Source: Vicugna vicugna (Eukaryota). Taken from it: 64,000 bases of DNA. The stretch is taken from assembly GCA_013265495.1 (NCBI GenBank), contig MU058198.1, positions 4,166,419 to 4,230,418 on the forward strand, read 5' to 3'. This document shows, piece after piece, positions 14,244 to 27,556 of this stretch. The notes under the pieces were generated by a model that was given only the letters and a program-made list of their open reading frames with translations, was not told the DNA's origin and ran no database searches. The position numbers and the translations under genes are program-made. Within the stretch, counting starts at the first letter, position 1. The number at the start of each line of letters is the position of its first letter.

Positions 14244-15262
14244 TGTAGCCTTGGGTTTGGTGCTCTGTGAACATTAACATGCTCAACCTTAGGATAGCTC
14301 TGCAAGGCATAGGTGCTATCCTGGTTTCACAAAGGAGACCACAGGCTGAGTCAGGTTTACACGGCTTGTCCAGAGACACAAAGCTTATTGAAGGCAGAGC
14401 TGGGATTGAAACCTGGGTCCATCTGGCAGCAAAAGTTCACATACCACGCTGCCTCTCAGTAGTTTTAAAGATTGGATGTATTTTCACTGGTTTAGAGCAT
14501 TTTCATCAGTATGTTTACTTATTTAATCTCTCATAAGAGTTCACAGATTCAGTATAGTTTCTGTTTGTTCATACAGTAGACAGATGGCTATTTCTCAGGT
14601 TTGCTGAAGATAGGGCATCCAAGGTATTTCTCCAGTTTTTATTAGTCTCATAGATTTCATTCTGTTATCTTTGTATTTACTTCCCTATTCTGAGTTTGTC
14701 TTACTTGATTCAGATTTTACATGTGAATAACAAAAAACATTGTTAGCTTTGCCTTTTTGTAAGGAAACTAGCAAATTATTTTCTACCCTTGTTTTTGTAC
14801 TGTCTTTCAGAAATGAAAAAGTGACCAATCACATTAAGAACGAGGCAGGTTAAGAGCAGTTACCGGGGAACTGAGGATTGATTGTTCTAGGATTGCCAGA
14901 ACTTGACTTGCCGCATTTGTTCTTTTAGTTACTGTGAGTTCCGCAGTTGTCTAATCAACGCTTGTTCTCTGATCAGGGATAATGTGGGAAAGAGACGGTG
15001 AGCGTGAGCTGTCATCCAGGCCAGGGAGTGCCGATGGTGTCCGTTCCCTTATTGGATAGGTAGTTACCAGAAGTAAAACTTTACTCTTGGCAGTGATCTT
15101 TCCCAAGAACACTTGAGCCTGCGAAGGAAGATACCCCTGCGCACTTAAAGCTTCTGTTCTTTTAGGATTGTTTTTCGTAGTGCCTTTTTACTTAGATGGC
15201 TTGCTACGGAGGTACACTTCACTGGCTAATCTTTTCCACCCCTTTTCTTTTGTTGGGATTAG

Positions 15263-15634
15263 TGCCAGAACAGATAAAGCCCAGTGTAAGCCAGCCTCAG
15301 CCTGCCAACTCTAATAACGGCACTTCCACAGCAACCAGCACTAATAATAATGCCAAGCGAGCCACAGCCAGCAGTCAGCCGCAGCCGCAGCCGCCGCAGC
15401 CGCCACCGCCGCAGCCGCCGCCACAGGCCTTGCCTCGGCATCCTCGGGAGCTTCCGCCACGATTTCGCCACCAGGAGCATAAACAGCTTCTAAAGAGGGG
15501 TCAGCATTTTCCTGTCATAGCAGCAAACCTGGGATCTGCTGTTAAAGTGTTAAGCAGCCAGTCAGAAAGCAGTGCTTTAACAAACCAACAGCCACAAAAT
15601 AACGGAGAGGTGCAGAACAGCCAAAACCAGTCAG
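15263..15634 (+). CDS. TNRC6A: TNRC6A coding exon (human exon 5 equivalent), 372 nt, VPEQIKPS...QNSQNQS; contains the Q/P trinucleotide tract
   Basis: Acceptor ggattag|TGCCAG, donor TCAG|gtgaga; open frame within ORF 15196..15678; phase 1-1. Confidence 0.95.
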
Positions 15635-18600
15635 GTGAGAGAAGGCCTTTCTTACGAGACTCCAACTACCATCATTAGCAGTGTAGCAAGTTTGTAAGTC
15701 CATGGCTTTTTGGTGATGTATTTGTATTCATCCGTATCTGGGTTGTAAGATAAGAATTCTATACAGGGAGTTATGCATCTTAAAATGTGTCCTGTAAGGT
15801 GACTTTCCATCTTAATTTTAAAATGATGAATCACTTTCCCTTATGTCCTACCCATTTTAATAAACAGCGTGTAGCTAAAATGGATTATAAGACTATGGCT
15901 AAGACCGAGCGTCTCCCTCCCCACCAAGTTCTGTGCTGAGCAGTTGTACGTATCACTGCATCTGATCCTCAGCAGTCCTGTGAGGTGTGAGTCGCTCTTG
16001 TCTCCACTTTTCAGTAGAGGATGCTGAGGCCCCGAGACACTAGGGCTTGAGATCACTCTGTTACCATGTGCCGTAATACAAAGACTGCCGCTCATGAAAA
16101 TTATCCTCAGAGTGCATGCATTCAGTTACTGCCTCAGAATGGCTTCTCTCAGCTTGGTAATGATTGTGAGGCAGAAAAGAAGTCTAGTACGTGATTACAA
16201 TTTTCTCAAAGCCCAGCTTGTTTTGACATGTTCTGATAGGTTCTGACGATTGGTTTGTCCATTCAGTTATCAGACTTTTTGGACACCTTTACCACAAGCC
16301 ATCTAGGGAGCTGAGGAGCATCAAGGTTCCCACACATGAAAACAGTAGTGTATTGGTAACAAACAAAGTCTTGAGAGCCAAATGGACCTGGTTTTTAAAT
16401 CCTAGCTTCACCATGTACCAGCGTATGTGACCTTGGGCAGGTTACTTAATTGTTTCCTCTGTCTGAGCGTCATCTGTGCAGCCTTTTCTAACCACGTAGA
16501 GTTACTCACTTCCTACCTCCGTGCTCTCACACGTACCATGTGTACATGATAATGCACTGTGATACGTCACAGCTAATAATAGCAGAGCCTGGGCTCACGT
16601 CAAGATCTGTCTAACTCCAAAGCTGTACTCGTAACAACCATGCTGTGCTTTGGCAATCTGCTGATGGGTATGATAGGTAAGGAGGAAGAGGACACAGATG
16701 TGATTTTTCTAGTGTAGGTAATTAGAGAAGCACCTTGGTCTTGGAAAGGATGCCAACTTAAATTATCAACCTGAGTTAATACTTATTCCCTAACCCCCAT
16801 GCCATCAACCCCCACACTTATTATCTGTGTGAACTTGGCCAAGTCACCTAACTTATCTGCCCCTCTTTGTAATCCGTAAAGTGTGGACAGTAGTACCCGA
16901 TCTAGGTTGCTTAGAAGATTATATTATGTGATACCCCAAAGCAGCTGGTTTAGTGCCTCATATATAAGCACTGAATGAGTATCTTTCCTGAAACTTTTAC
17001 AGAACAATCTGCATTTTCAGGAGGAAGAGTCTGGTTTAGTCATTACGTCTAATGTCAAGCAATTAATAATTTGGTTTGAAGTTCATCTAGGCAGTCAGGT
17101 TTGAAGCAGATGTATTGAGTCGTCAGCATAAAAAAAAAGTGGTTAAAACATAGGAGAGGTTATTTATGCAACAAATGCTTGAGTACCTCCTGCAAGCTAA
17201 GCACTGGTAGTATGATAATAAACAAACAGGAAAGTGGGATAGTAAATTTAGAAAATATATGTTGAATATGCTTTTTCAGTTTGGGAAATGAAAGAACAAA
17301 GCTGTTTTTGAAATGGAAACAACAGGAGTGTAAGAATCTTATTTCTCAAAAATGGGTATGGGTCAAAAAACCCAAAAGCGTTGCAGGTATACATTCAGGT
17401 GAGAAGAAGGCCTAAGATGTGGGCATAGGAAGAAATCTTCAAAAAGGGCTGAGAAGGAAAAATATCCCGCCTGTTTCTGAAACAACTTTACGAAGGTGGA
17501 CTGCTTTAATGGAAATAAGTAGGGTGCAGCACTCTGAGATTTGGAATTAAATCCCCAAACAACTAAAGGATGCAGAGGATGAAGGCAAAGCATTCTGCAG
17601 AAGAATCAGATTTGTGTTTTTGTCTTTTTTAAAACACCTGTGCCCCCTTGACCAGCATTTGTCACGTATTTACATTAAAATATCTTTGTAGGTGTTACTA
17701 GAAATGATAATAGAAATATTAGACACATAATAGACCATTGAGTGTCTGTGAATCAGGGAAGACTTCTTAGACAGGTGCGTCCAGGCTCCTGAGGCGGGGT
17801 GGGTGGTGGTGGTGGTAGTGATGTAGTGACTAACCCGTGTGGGGTGTGCTTACTGTGACCCAGACACTACAGTAACATGTGTAATTCTCATTTTGCATAC
17901 TAGATAGTATCACCCTCATTTTACAGATTGGAGATTAACCTGTGATCAATGAAGAGCAGTGTACTGGACAGTATAAACAGCATGAGCAATAGCCCAGAAA
18001 CACAAAAATTGTCTATTGTGAATTACATGTAGTTCAGAATTGTGGGAACATAATCTTAACTGTTTTTATTTTTGTCTTTTTGTATTTGTATTTGGCTTTT
18101 TTGTTTCCTGAACAGAGATAGGTAATGGAGTAGATTGGACATTTAAATTAATACGTACACAGAAATTTACTTAAAAGTTTTGTGGTAAAAATGAGGAATG
18201 CTGGATACACTTCCCTTGTCCTCACATAATGCATTTCCCATTTATTCAGTGCAATCAAAGGGGAAGGCTAGTGCCTAGATGACATTAGTTATTTTCTAAA
18301 TCGGAGCTCACACAAACTAAATGCCTTCACAGGCTAGCAGGTAAGTGGAGCAGAGGATGAACAGGAGTGATGGAAACTGTGGAAAATGTGTTAATTTTGC
18401 ACCCTGCCTGACTACCTCTACATTCTCATTTTAAGTTCTATAGAACCCTGTGCTGGTTGGGCCACACAGCTCTGCAGGCTTAGGTGCAGTTTATGGCTGT
18501 GCCTCACGCTCTTGGTGATGGTTTCCATTGTCGCTGCAGGACCTCTTTCTTTGCAGCTGGTTTCTTAGAGCGTTAAGGTATCAGGCCCTGCCACTTCCCA

Positions 18601-20273
18601 GATAACCAGTGATTTTGGGTGCCTGCAGGCTATGTGGTAATGGATTTTGGGGGACTAGTATGCTTCCCGGGGCTGGCAGCAGTATTGTTCTTATGGGCCA
18701 GAGTGTTCCAGCCCACATTTATCATCCAGCTGATGTGGTTAATACAGAAAAGTTAAACAGCATGGCAAATCCCCTGATAGCCTGTACCCACATCCAAAGG
18801 TTGTTAACACATTAAGTATGCATACGTGTGCACACGTGTGCGTGATGTTCATTGCACTTCCACGGGTAATTTCTTAGGAATAAGGATAATCTTCTATACA
18901 GCTGTTAGACCATGATCACCCTTAAGAGAAGAGAGGTGTACTCAGCACTGTCCTGTGATATGTAGTCCATGTTCATATTTTTGCAGATCGTACCAAGAAT
19001 GTCTTTTTGTTTCTTTATAGTGTGGTGTCATTCATATAAAATAGAAAGTTTGCAAAAGTTACATTGCTTAGGGATGAATTCACATACAGCATTTTGCATG
19101 GTCGCCACTCAGTCATCCACTGGGAAAGAAAGGAGATGTATCAGAGAAGGGGTACACAGGCATTTTCTACTAGGTCAATAGTGTATTTCTTAAGGTAAGG
19201 AGTATGTGAGTGTTTTTGTACTACATTTTATAGCTTTTCATACATTTGAAAAAAATTTTTCAAGAAGCTTAAGGACATTTGAACTGTAATGGTGAATGAC
19301 TGAGAATTGGGGCTGTTTTAATGAAAAAATGTTAACTTTTAAGTTTCCAGAGATGTTTAAAGATTAAAATGCTGTCTGTCCACCTCCTGACTGTCTTTTC
19401 AGTGCAGTTTACATCCTTGCTGTTCTGTAACTACTACTTCTTGCTCTCAGCTTGTCCCATGGTCTGTAAACATGCTCAAGTCTTCATGATCTTTGGAAGA
19501 AATGCCTTTAAACTCAGATTCTTCTGAGGCTAACGTAGAACCCCTCTCCTCTGCTTTCTTTCAGAATGCTTAGAAGAGGGATCTGTGCTTGTAATCCCTA
19601 ATACATCTCTTCAGTCCTCTGTAATCTGGCCCCTACTCCCTTGATTACGGTAGCTCTCCCTGAGGCCACTGATCTTCTGAATGCTCAGTCTCAGATGTTG
19701 CCATTTGTATCTTAATAGATAGCTACATTTCTTATTATTGACCACATCCTCCTTTTTAAAGCTCTTTCATTTGTTCATTTTTCTTTGACCAGTTTTCAGA
19801 TTTTATTTCCTCCAGGGCTTTGTTTCATCTCTCTCCCCAGTTTTAGGTTCCTTGTCTGCTGGATATCTTCAGCCGATGTTGGGCCCCTCAGACTCAGCCT
19901 GTCCAAATTGAACTCATTACCTTGCTACATACCAGTTTCTCCTTCCGGATCCCTTTGCTCAAAAGGTTGGCACCCCCAATTCATCTAGTCACCCATCTAG
20001 AAATCTTAAAATCATGCATGACTCTCCTTCTTTCTCCATGCCTCGCAGGCCAGTGGTTTACCATGCCCTGCTGATTTTAACTCCAGAGTAGCTCTTAACT
20101 TTGCTCTCTCTGCACTGCCACCACCATTGACCTGGTTCAGGCACTCACCATCAGCCCTAAGAATGTCTTTTGTAGTTGTCTCCCCATCACCCCCACCCCA
20201 TCTCAAACCAGAAACCAGTCATGACCCAGGCCTTGCACTTGGCTGTGGTATTGCTTTTGTCTTTGACCTAGAA

Positions 20274-20459
20274 CAGGATGGCTTGCAGCCTATTCGACTC
20301 AAGTTTTATTGGAAGGCTGCCATGCCCTTTCATTTACGTGTTATCTGTGGCTGCTTCCAAGCCATTATGGTAGAGTAGTTGCTGCAGGAACCATCTGGCT
20401 AGCAAAACTTAAAAATATTTGTTAATTGGACCTTTACAGGAAAAGGTTGCCAGCTTCTG
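20274..20459 (+). mobile_element. MER58A-like hAT-Charlie MITE
   Basis: aagttttattggaa...cctttacaggaaaaggttgccagcttctg; 8-bp flanks acctagaa / gactagag fit a Charlie target-site duplication. Confidence 0.7.
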
Positions 20460-22547
20460 GACTAGAGGCTGCAATAACTGAAGAAAACATCTTAACTTTC
20501 TCACTCAAGTGCTGTTTGAAATTGTGCATCTGAGATTCTCTCATATTCCCAATGATAACATTTCATACCTCCTGAAAATACAGTAAAACCTAAATACTCT
20601 TAATTTCTGAAGGCCTTTCCCTTCTGGTGTGTTTGGAAGTCTTTAAAGCAGAAAGCACATATATAACTATTTTGTTTGTTGCATGATACATATTTAATTA
20701 GAAACATATATGAATTTTTCTGGATCTAAATTCTTTCTGAATGAATTATGCTGTTTCTTTATAAATCCCTTGAATTACCACCAGTCTTTGCTCTACCCCC
20801 ACTCATTCTCCTTGATCTTTCTGAATAGGTGCTATGTAATGCATTGCTGTATTCTCTTTTGAGGTGCGGTACTACAGCTGCCATCAGTTCTCCTAAGGTA
20901 ATTTTGTGTGAGAGTAGGACGCTGATGATATTTGGGGTTTCAGAAGTTTCTCAGTCCAGTCTTCCAGATCTTAGTTTAAAATTTGTATTTTGTATTACAC
21001 TCAATAAAACTAAACTGTCCCCTTCCCTCCTGTCAGCACGGGCTCACAGTCCTACTGCTTCTCACCATTTCCTGGAAAAGTGTAATAAACATCTTTTACA
21101 TAATGATGTTCTGTATGTTTATTCTCTAGATCATTTGCAGTGATGGGTTTTGGCTTCCTTGTCTGTAAGGGAAATATATTACTTGACTTCTTCCAATTCT
21201 GAAATAGTCTCTGACTCTGTGAAACGTTTTAGTTATGATTGCTGAGAAATCCTGCTCTCTCACAACTTTAGACTAGTATTTCTCGCCCCTCCCCAGCCCA
21301 CCCCCTACAAACAAATTCAGATTTTTTCCTATCTAAGCTGCAGTGTCTTTTAATAACAAAAAAAGGTCTTTGTGATCAATTCTTGGTAAATATAGTTTTT
21401 GAAATAGCCTTTTAATTTAGGTTTTGGGGAAAGGATCAAGTAGGTTCCAGACTAAAAATGGAATTTTAGCTAATAATTACTGATGGCGTCTCTTATGTTC
21501 CTAAAGCGCATAGGGATATATAGCAAAAGGCAAGTGTAGACCGTCCCCAGCACCCCTCCAAAGCAGGTCTTGACCAGGGAGATTTTCACTAACATCGTTA
21601 GATTAATATGCAAAATGTATTGTGCTGTTTTCTGGCGGGTTTTGCTTTTGATGTGTTCTGACATTAAACAACTTTATTTTTCTTGTAAGTAGTTAAATCT
21701 ATGTTTGCTTTGGTTTCTTTGCTTTTATGTATAAAAAATTCTCATTCACAGATAACTTCAGATTTCATCTTTTAACACTTGAATCATTTAGAATTATTTT
21801 TGATAGGTTGTCTCATTTAAAAACATCTTTTTAAAGTTTTGAATATTCCTTTTCTCTTCCTTACGTAAAATGCTAACCTTTGACATACCTCCTTCAAATT
21901 ACACTTGGGGGTCTGCTTCTGGGTTACTTTTTCTGTTCGGTGGTTCTGGCAGTGCAGAGGTGTTTAACTGTTGCATGATAATAGATCTCCTCTCGTTTGT
22001 TTTACATGAATTTTTAAATCACTTTAATCAACTTACAGACTCTTGTTAGAATTTTTATAATTGGATTAAACTTAGAAGGAACATTGTTACATCTGCCTAT
22101 TGAGGAACAAGTTTCTGTACTTAATCAGGTTGTCTGCTCTGGCCTGCAGTAAAATTTAATGACACATGACTTCTTAAGTATTTTTGTTAGCTTTCTTCCC
22201 TCTTCTGTTACAGTTTTTGTGGCTCTTAAAATTTAGGATCTTTTTTCATCCCATTTTCTTGTTGGTATTACCAGTGTATAGGAAAACTGTTGTTTTTTAC
22301 ATGTTAACCTTTTTTGTTTCTTTGCTACTCTCTTTACCTCATTTTGGGGTCCTGTTTCATCAATCAGTGCTTCTAGCACAAGGTTGGATAATAGTATTGA
22401 TCACTAATATTCCCATTTTTCCCCGTTGTTAGGGAAATGCTTCTTATGTTTCCCTGTTCAATTCCAGATCCATTCCTTTATTCTCAACTTGGGAAGTTTT
22501 GTTTAACATTTATCTTATTTTCTTACTCCTGCTCTGTGAAAGTGGTA

Positions 22548-22570
22548 ACACACACACACACACACACACA
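22548..22570. repeat. (AC)11 microsatellite
   Basis: Visible in the sequence. Confidence 0.95.
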
Positions 22571-24973
22571 AAACAAATAATGGCAACAAATACTTTTGCC
22601 ATAGTCCATGAGGTGATGATGATGATGGCTTGGTTGTTTTAGATTTGAAGAAAAGTGAATGGATTGGAGACTTGGTGATATTTTGGATTTGCTGTGTATA
22701 GGAAGGAATCAAGGATAAATTTCAGGTTTTAGGAAACTTACTGAGATGAGGAAAACTAATAAAGAAGCAGGATTGTTCTTTTCTTTAGGGAGGAGGCACT
22801 TGTCAGGGTATAATACAGATGTTAACATTCTGTTTGAGATGTCTAAGTGAAGATTAAAGTAAGCAAGTTGTTATAGGATTTCCAATTTTGTTCTTCATGA
22901 GAGAAGCATGGTGAAATGAAAAACATGTGCTTTGGAGACAGGACTGAAAAATAACAATCATTGATAACACATTAATCAGTAATAATAATGGCCCTCATTT
23001 ATGAAGTACCTAATCTGGATCAGATATGGTTCACTTTTAATCATTAATAATTTAATCCTTTTCAACAACTGTGTGAGATAGGTACTGTTTCTGTTCCCAC
23101 GTGACAGATGAGGAAAGTAAGGCATCGAAAGACTGAAGATTTTACCTGTGGTCACACAGCTGTAAATGGCAGAGCAGCTTTTAACCCAAGCAGTCTGGCT
23201 TCAGTTTTTGCTCTTAATCAGTCACTCCACCAAACTGCCCTTATTTGGAGCACTTATTTGAAGCCGGCACTGAGCTAAATACTTTACATATGACAGCAGG
23301 TTAACTAAACAGCCAGGTGAGGAAGTACAGACTGTTTCCATCCACATCTTGCAAGTGTGGTCATACAGCTACTACACAGAGTCCAGACTGGAATCCAAGT
23401 GTCTCAAGTTCCAGCCATGTTCTGGGCCACCTTACTTTTTTACCTAAAGATGAATTCTGCCTTTCTCACCTGATTTTTTACAAGTTAACCTTTGAGCTTT
23501 GACTTCCTCAACTGTACAGTGAAGGTAATACCTGTGCTGTAGGGTTTTTTCAAGGATTCATTGAGAATGTTGCACATAAAGCGTGTGCTCCAGGGTGCTG
23601 AATGATGTTGCTGGTAGTGCAGGGGCTGGTCTGTTGGTTTGTTTTTACCCAGCAAGACTGACTTTTTAGAATCCTTTATTTCATGAGAAAAATCCTCCTC
23701 GTGGGCACTGGGAGATGATAAACTTTACACGGCAGCTTAAAGCGGCCAAACGATTCTTAACCAGAGTGGAAGCCACAGTCACTTATGGAACTTTAAAATA
23801 TATGTATTTGTTGAATTCCATGTACATTTTTGGTCTCTCTCTAGTCCTTTTCCTGCTGCTCTTCCTAGGTCATTTTGCCACTTAACTATTGTGCTTTGAG
23901 AGAAAATGATGCAAGATGAACCTGATTTCCCATGTTAGCAGTACCCTCATAGTGAGTTACGTCTTCTTTCTGGACCTACAGTGCCTTGTAGTTGGTTCGT
24001 TGCATCTGGGACGTTACTTACAACCGCTACAGACGGCTCTGATTGCTGCTGTAGAGGAGAACTACAATATAAGCGACCCTCTCAAGACAGCCTAAATGCA
24101 GACACCTTATGAGGATTTCAAAGTACCAGATCCTTAAAAAGTGTTAGAAGCCCTCGAACTGCCTGCCCTGTGTGAGGTGATAACATGTAGCAGTAATCTA
24201 AGATGATGTGATTATATGGCTGGTCATTGATGTGCTCAGTGTCATCAGTTGATTTTTAGAATCATAGTAACTGATCTTCAACATATCGACCATTTTTCTG
24301 TTCTTTTCTGATAAACATGGCTGTGAAGGTAAACTAAGACATTTTTATGAAGGCGTTTTTATTTGTATGCAGTGTTTTTCAGGATGAATATGAACACTAG
24401 CAAAATAGAGATACAATGGAAAGGGCTTTGTAATTCTTATACATTTGTTATAATACCCGAAACAGTTGTGTGAACAAGCTATTCTAAAAAAGAGTGGATA
24501 GAAAAGGATTCTTAATATATTTCTGATTCATTTCGTGAAGTTTGGCCTATTCATGTCACTTATCCTTACCCATTTACACGCCAGCCCCTTTCCCGTATCA
24601 GGCCTCCGAGCTGGGTTGCTCTGTTACCTGGTACATCACTACCACCTAGACCTTCCTGACTCCACAATTCTTTGACTTGCTGATAAGATAACAGCTCATT
24701 CATTCAGCAAGTATTTATTGAGGGGCTGTTATGTTCCAGGAACTGCTCTAGACTCTTAGGATAATATCAGTGAACAAAGCAGCAAAATCCCTGCCTGTAT
24801 GGAATTAATTATTGGACACGGAAGGTTGGGGGCTGGAATATAACCAGTGCCCTTGTAATTACACTGCCAGGTGTTGTATGTTGTTAATGTTGAGGAGCCG
24901 CACACATTTATAATATATTCATCATTTCCCCCCCAAATACCTCATATATTCTTGTGCTTCTCCTTTATTCTAG

Positions 24974-27556
24974 ATATAAACCACAATACTTCAGGATCCC
25001 ATTATGAGAATTCGCAGCAGGAACCTGTGTCTTCTACGAGCGACTGTAGCACAAACTGTAAGGATGCTGCTGTAAACGACTCCCCTGAAGCAGAAGCATG
25101 GCCCTCAGTCCCTGGCAGTGATCCAGAGGTGGCTTCAGAATGCATGGATGCTGATTCTGCCTCCAGTTCTGAATCAGAGCGAAACATCACTATCATGGCT
25201 TCAGGGAGCACAGGTGGTGAAAAAGATGGCCTTCGGAACAGCACTGGACTCGGATCCCAAAACAAGTTTGTGGTTGGTAGCAGCAGCAATAACGTGGGCC
25301 ATGGAAGTAGTCCTGGGCCGTGGGGTTTTTCCCATGGAGCCATAATAAGCACATGTCAGGTCTCTGTGGATGCTCCTGAAAGCAAATCAGAAAGTAGCAA
25401 CGGTAGAATGAATGCTTGGGGCACTGTAAGTTCTTCATCAAATGGAGGGTTAAATCCAAGCACTTTGAATTCAGCTAGCAACCATGGTGCCTGGCCAGTA
25501 TTAGAGAACAACGGACTCGCCCTGAAAGGGCCCGTAGGGAGTGGTAGTTCTGGCGTCAATGTTCAGTGCAGTCCCTTAGGCCAGATGCCTAACAATCAGA
25601 GTATTAACTCTAAAGTGGGCGGTTCTTCCTCCCACGGCACCTGGGGAAGCCTTCAGGAAACTTGTGAATCTGAAGTAAGTGGTACACAGAAGGTTTCATT
25701 CAGTGGTCAACCTCAGAATATCACCACTGAAATGACTGGACCAAATAACACTACTAACTTTATGACCTCTAGTTTACCAAACTCCGGTTCAGTGCAGAAT
25801 AACGAGCTGCCTAGTAGTACAGGGGCCTGGCGTGTGAGCACAATGAACCATCCTCAGATACAGGCTCCGTCGGTTATGAACGGCACTTCCCTTTCTCACC
25901 TTAGCAACGGAGAGTCAAGAAGTGGGGGCTCTTATGGTACTACGTGGGGTGCCTATGGTTCTAATTACTCTGGAGACAAATGTGCAAGCCCGAATGGCCA
26001 AGCTAATGGTGACACTGTGAATGCAACTCTAATGCAGCCTGGCATAAATGGGCCTATGGGCACTAACTTTCAAGTTAACACAAATAAAGGAGGAGGTGTG
26101 TGGGAGTCTGGGGCAGCAAATTCCCAGAGTGCATCATGGGGAAATGGAAATGGTGCAAATTCTGGAGGAAGTCGAAGAGGATGGGGAGCTCCTGCACAAG
26201 ACACTGGCACTAACATACCCAGCGTGGAATGGAACAAACTGCCTAGCAATCAGCATTCCAGTGACAGTGCAAATGGCAATGGTAAGAAGTTTACAAACGG
26301 ATGGAAATCTACTGAGGAAGAGGATCAGGGTTCTGCCGCATCTCAGACAAATGAGCAAAGCAGCGTGTGGGCCAAAACGGGAGGTACAGTGGAGAGTGAA
26401 GGTAGTACAGAAAGCACTGGACGCCTTGAGGAAAAAGTAACTGGGGAAAATCAGAGTAGAGATAGAAGAAAAATTGATCAGCACACATTACTCCAAAGCA
26501 TTGTAAACAGAACTGACTTGGATCCACGTGTCCTGTCCAACTCTGGTTGGGGACAGACTCCTATTAAGCAGAATACTGCCTGGGATACTGAAACATCACC
26601 TAGAGGGGAGAGAAAGACTGACAATGGGACAGAGGCCTGGGGAAGCTCTGCAACACAGACTTTTAACTCAGGGGCGTGTATAGACAAGACTAGCCCTAAC
26701 AGTAACGATACCTCATCTGTATCGGGGTGGGGAGATCCCAAACCTGCTCTGAGGTGGGGAGATTCCAAAGGCTCAAACTGCCAGGGGGGATGGGAGGATG
26801 ACTCTGCTGCTACAGGAATGGTCAAGAGCAATCAGTGGGGGAATTGCAAAGAAGAGAAGTCTGCATGGAATGATTCGCAAAAGAGCAAACAGGGATGGGG
26901 TGATGGACAAAAATCAAACCAAGGGTGGTCCGTTTCCGCCAGTGATAACTGGGGAGAAGCTTCAAGGAGTAACCATTGGGGTGAGGCTAATAAGAAGTCT
27001 AGCTCAGGAGGTAGTGACAGTGACAGGTCCGTTTCTGGTTGGAACGAACTTGGTAAAACGAGTTCCTTTACTTGGGGAAATAACATAAATCCAAATAATT
27101 CATCAGGATGGGATGAATCTTCTAAACCGAACCCTTCCCAGGGATGGGGAGACCCTCCAAAGTCTAGTCAGTCTCTAGGTTGGGGAGATTCGTCGAAGCC
27201 AGTCAGTTCTCCAGACTGGAACAAGCAACAAGACATGGTCGGATCTTGGGGAATCCCGCCAGCTGCAGGCAAACCTCCTGGTACAGGCTGGCTGGGAGGA
27301 CCTATACCAGCCCCAGCAAAAGAAGAAGAGCCCACAGGCTGGGAGGAACCATCCCCAGAATCCATACGTCGCAAAATGGAGATTGATGATGGAACTTCAG
27401 CTTGGGGAGATCCAAGCAAATACAACTACAAAAATGTGAACATGTGGAACAAAAATGTCCCAAATGGCAGCAGCCGTTCAGACCAGCAAGCACAGGTACA
27501 TCAGTTGCTACCATCTGCAAGTGCCATCTCAAACAAAGAGGCAAGCGGTGGCTCCG
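24974..27556 (+). CDS. TNRC6A: TNRC6A giant exon (exon 6 equivalent), 2583 nt, GW/WG-repeat Argonaute-binding region; in-frame ATG at 25144 (MDADSASS)
   Basis: Acceptor ttattctag|ATATAA, donor TCCG|gtgagt; lies within the 924-aa ORF with many GW/WG motifs. Confidence 0.98.

Noticed and set aside
1..15262. Upstream TNRC6A exons or another gene in the first 15 kb
   Set aside because: No exon encoding the recalled N-terminal peptides (e.g. ATEQKIK) was found. The short ORFs are AT-rich, repeat-derived or of chance length.
24871..24973. ORF-track starts at 24871, 15196, 28631 and 57962 as real N-termini
   Set aside because: They are intronic extensions upstream of clear acceptors, mostly from GTG/TTG starts used by the ORF caller.
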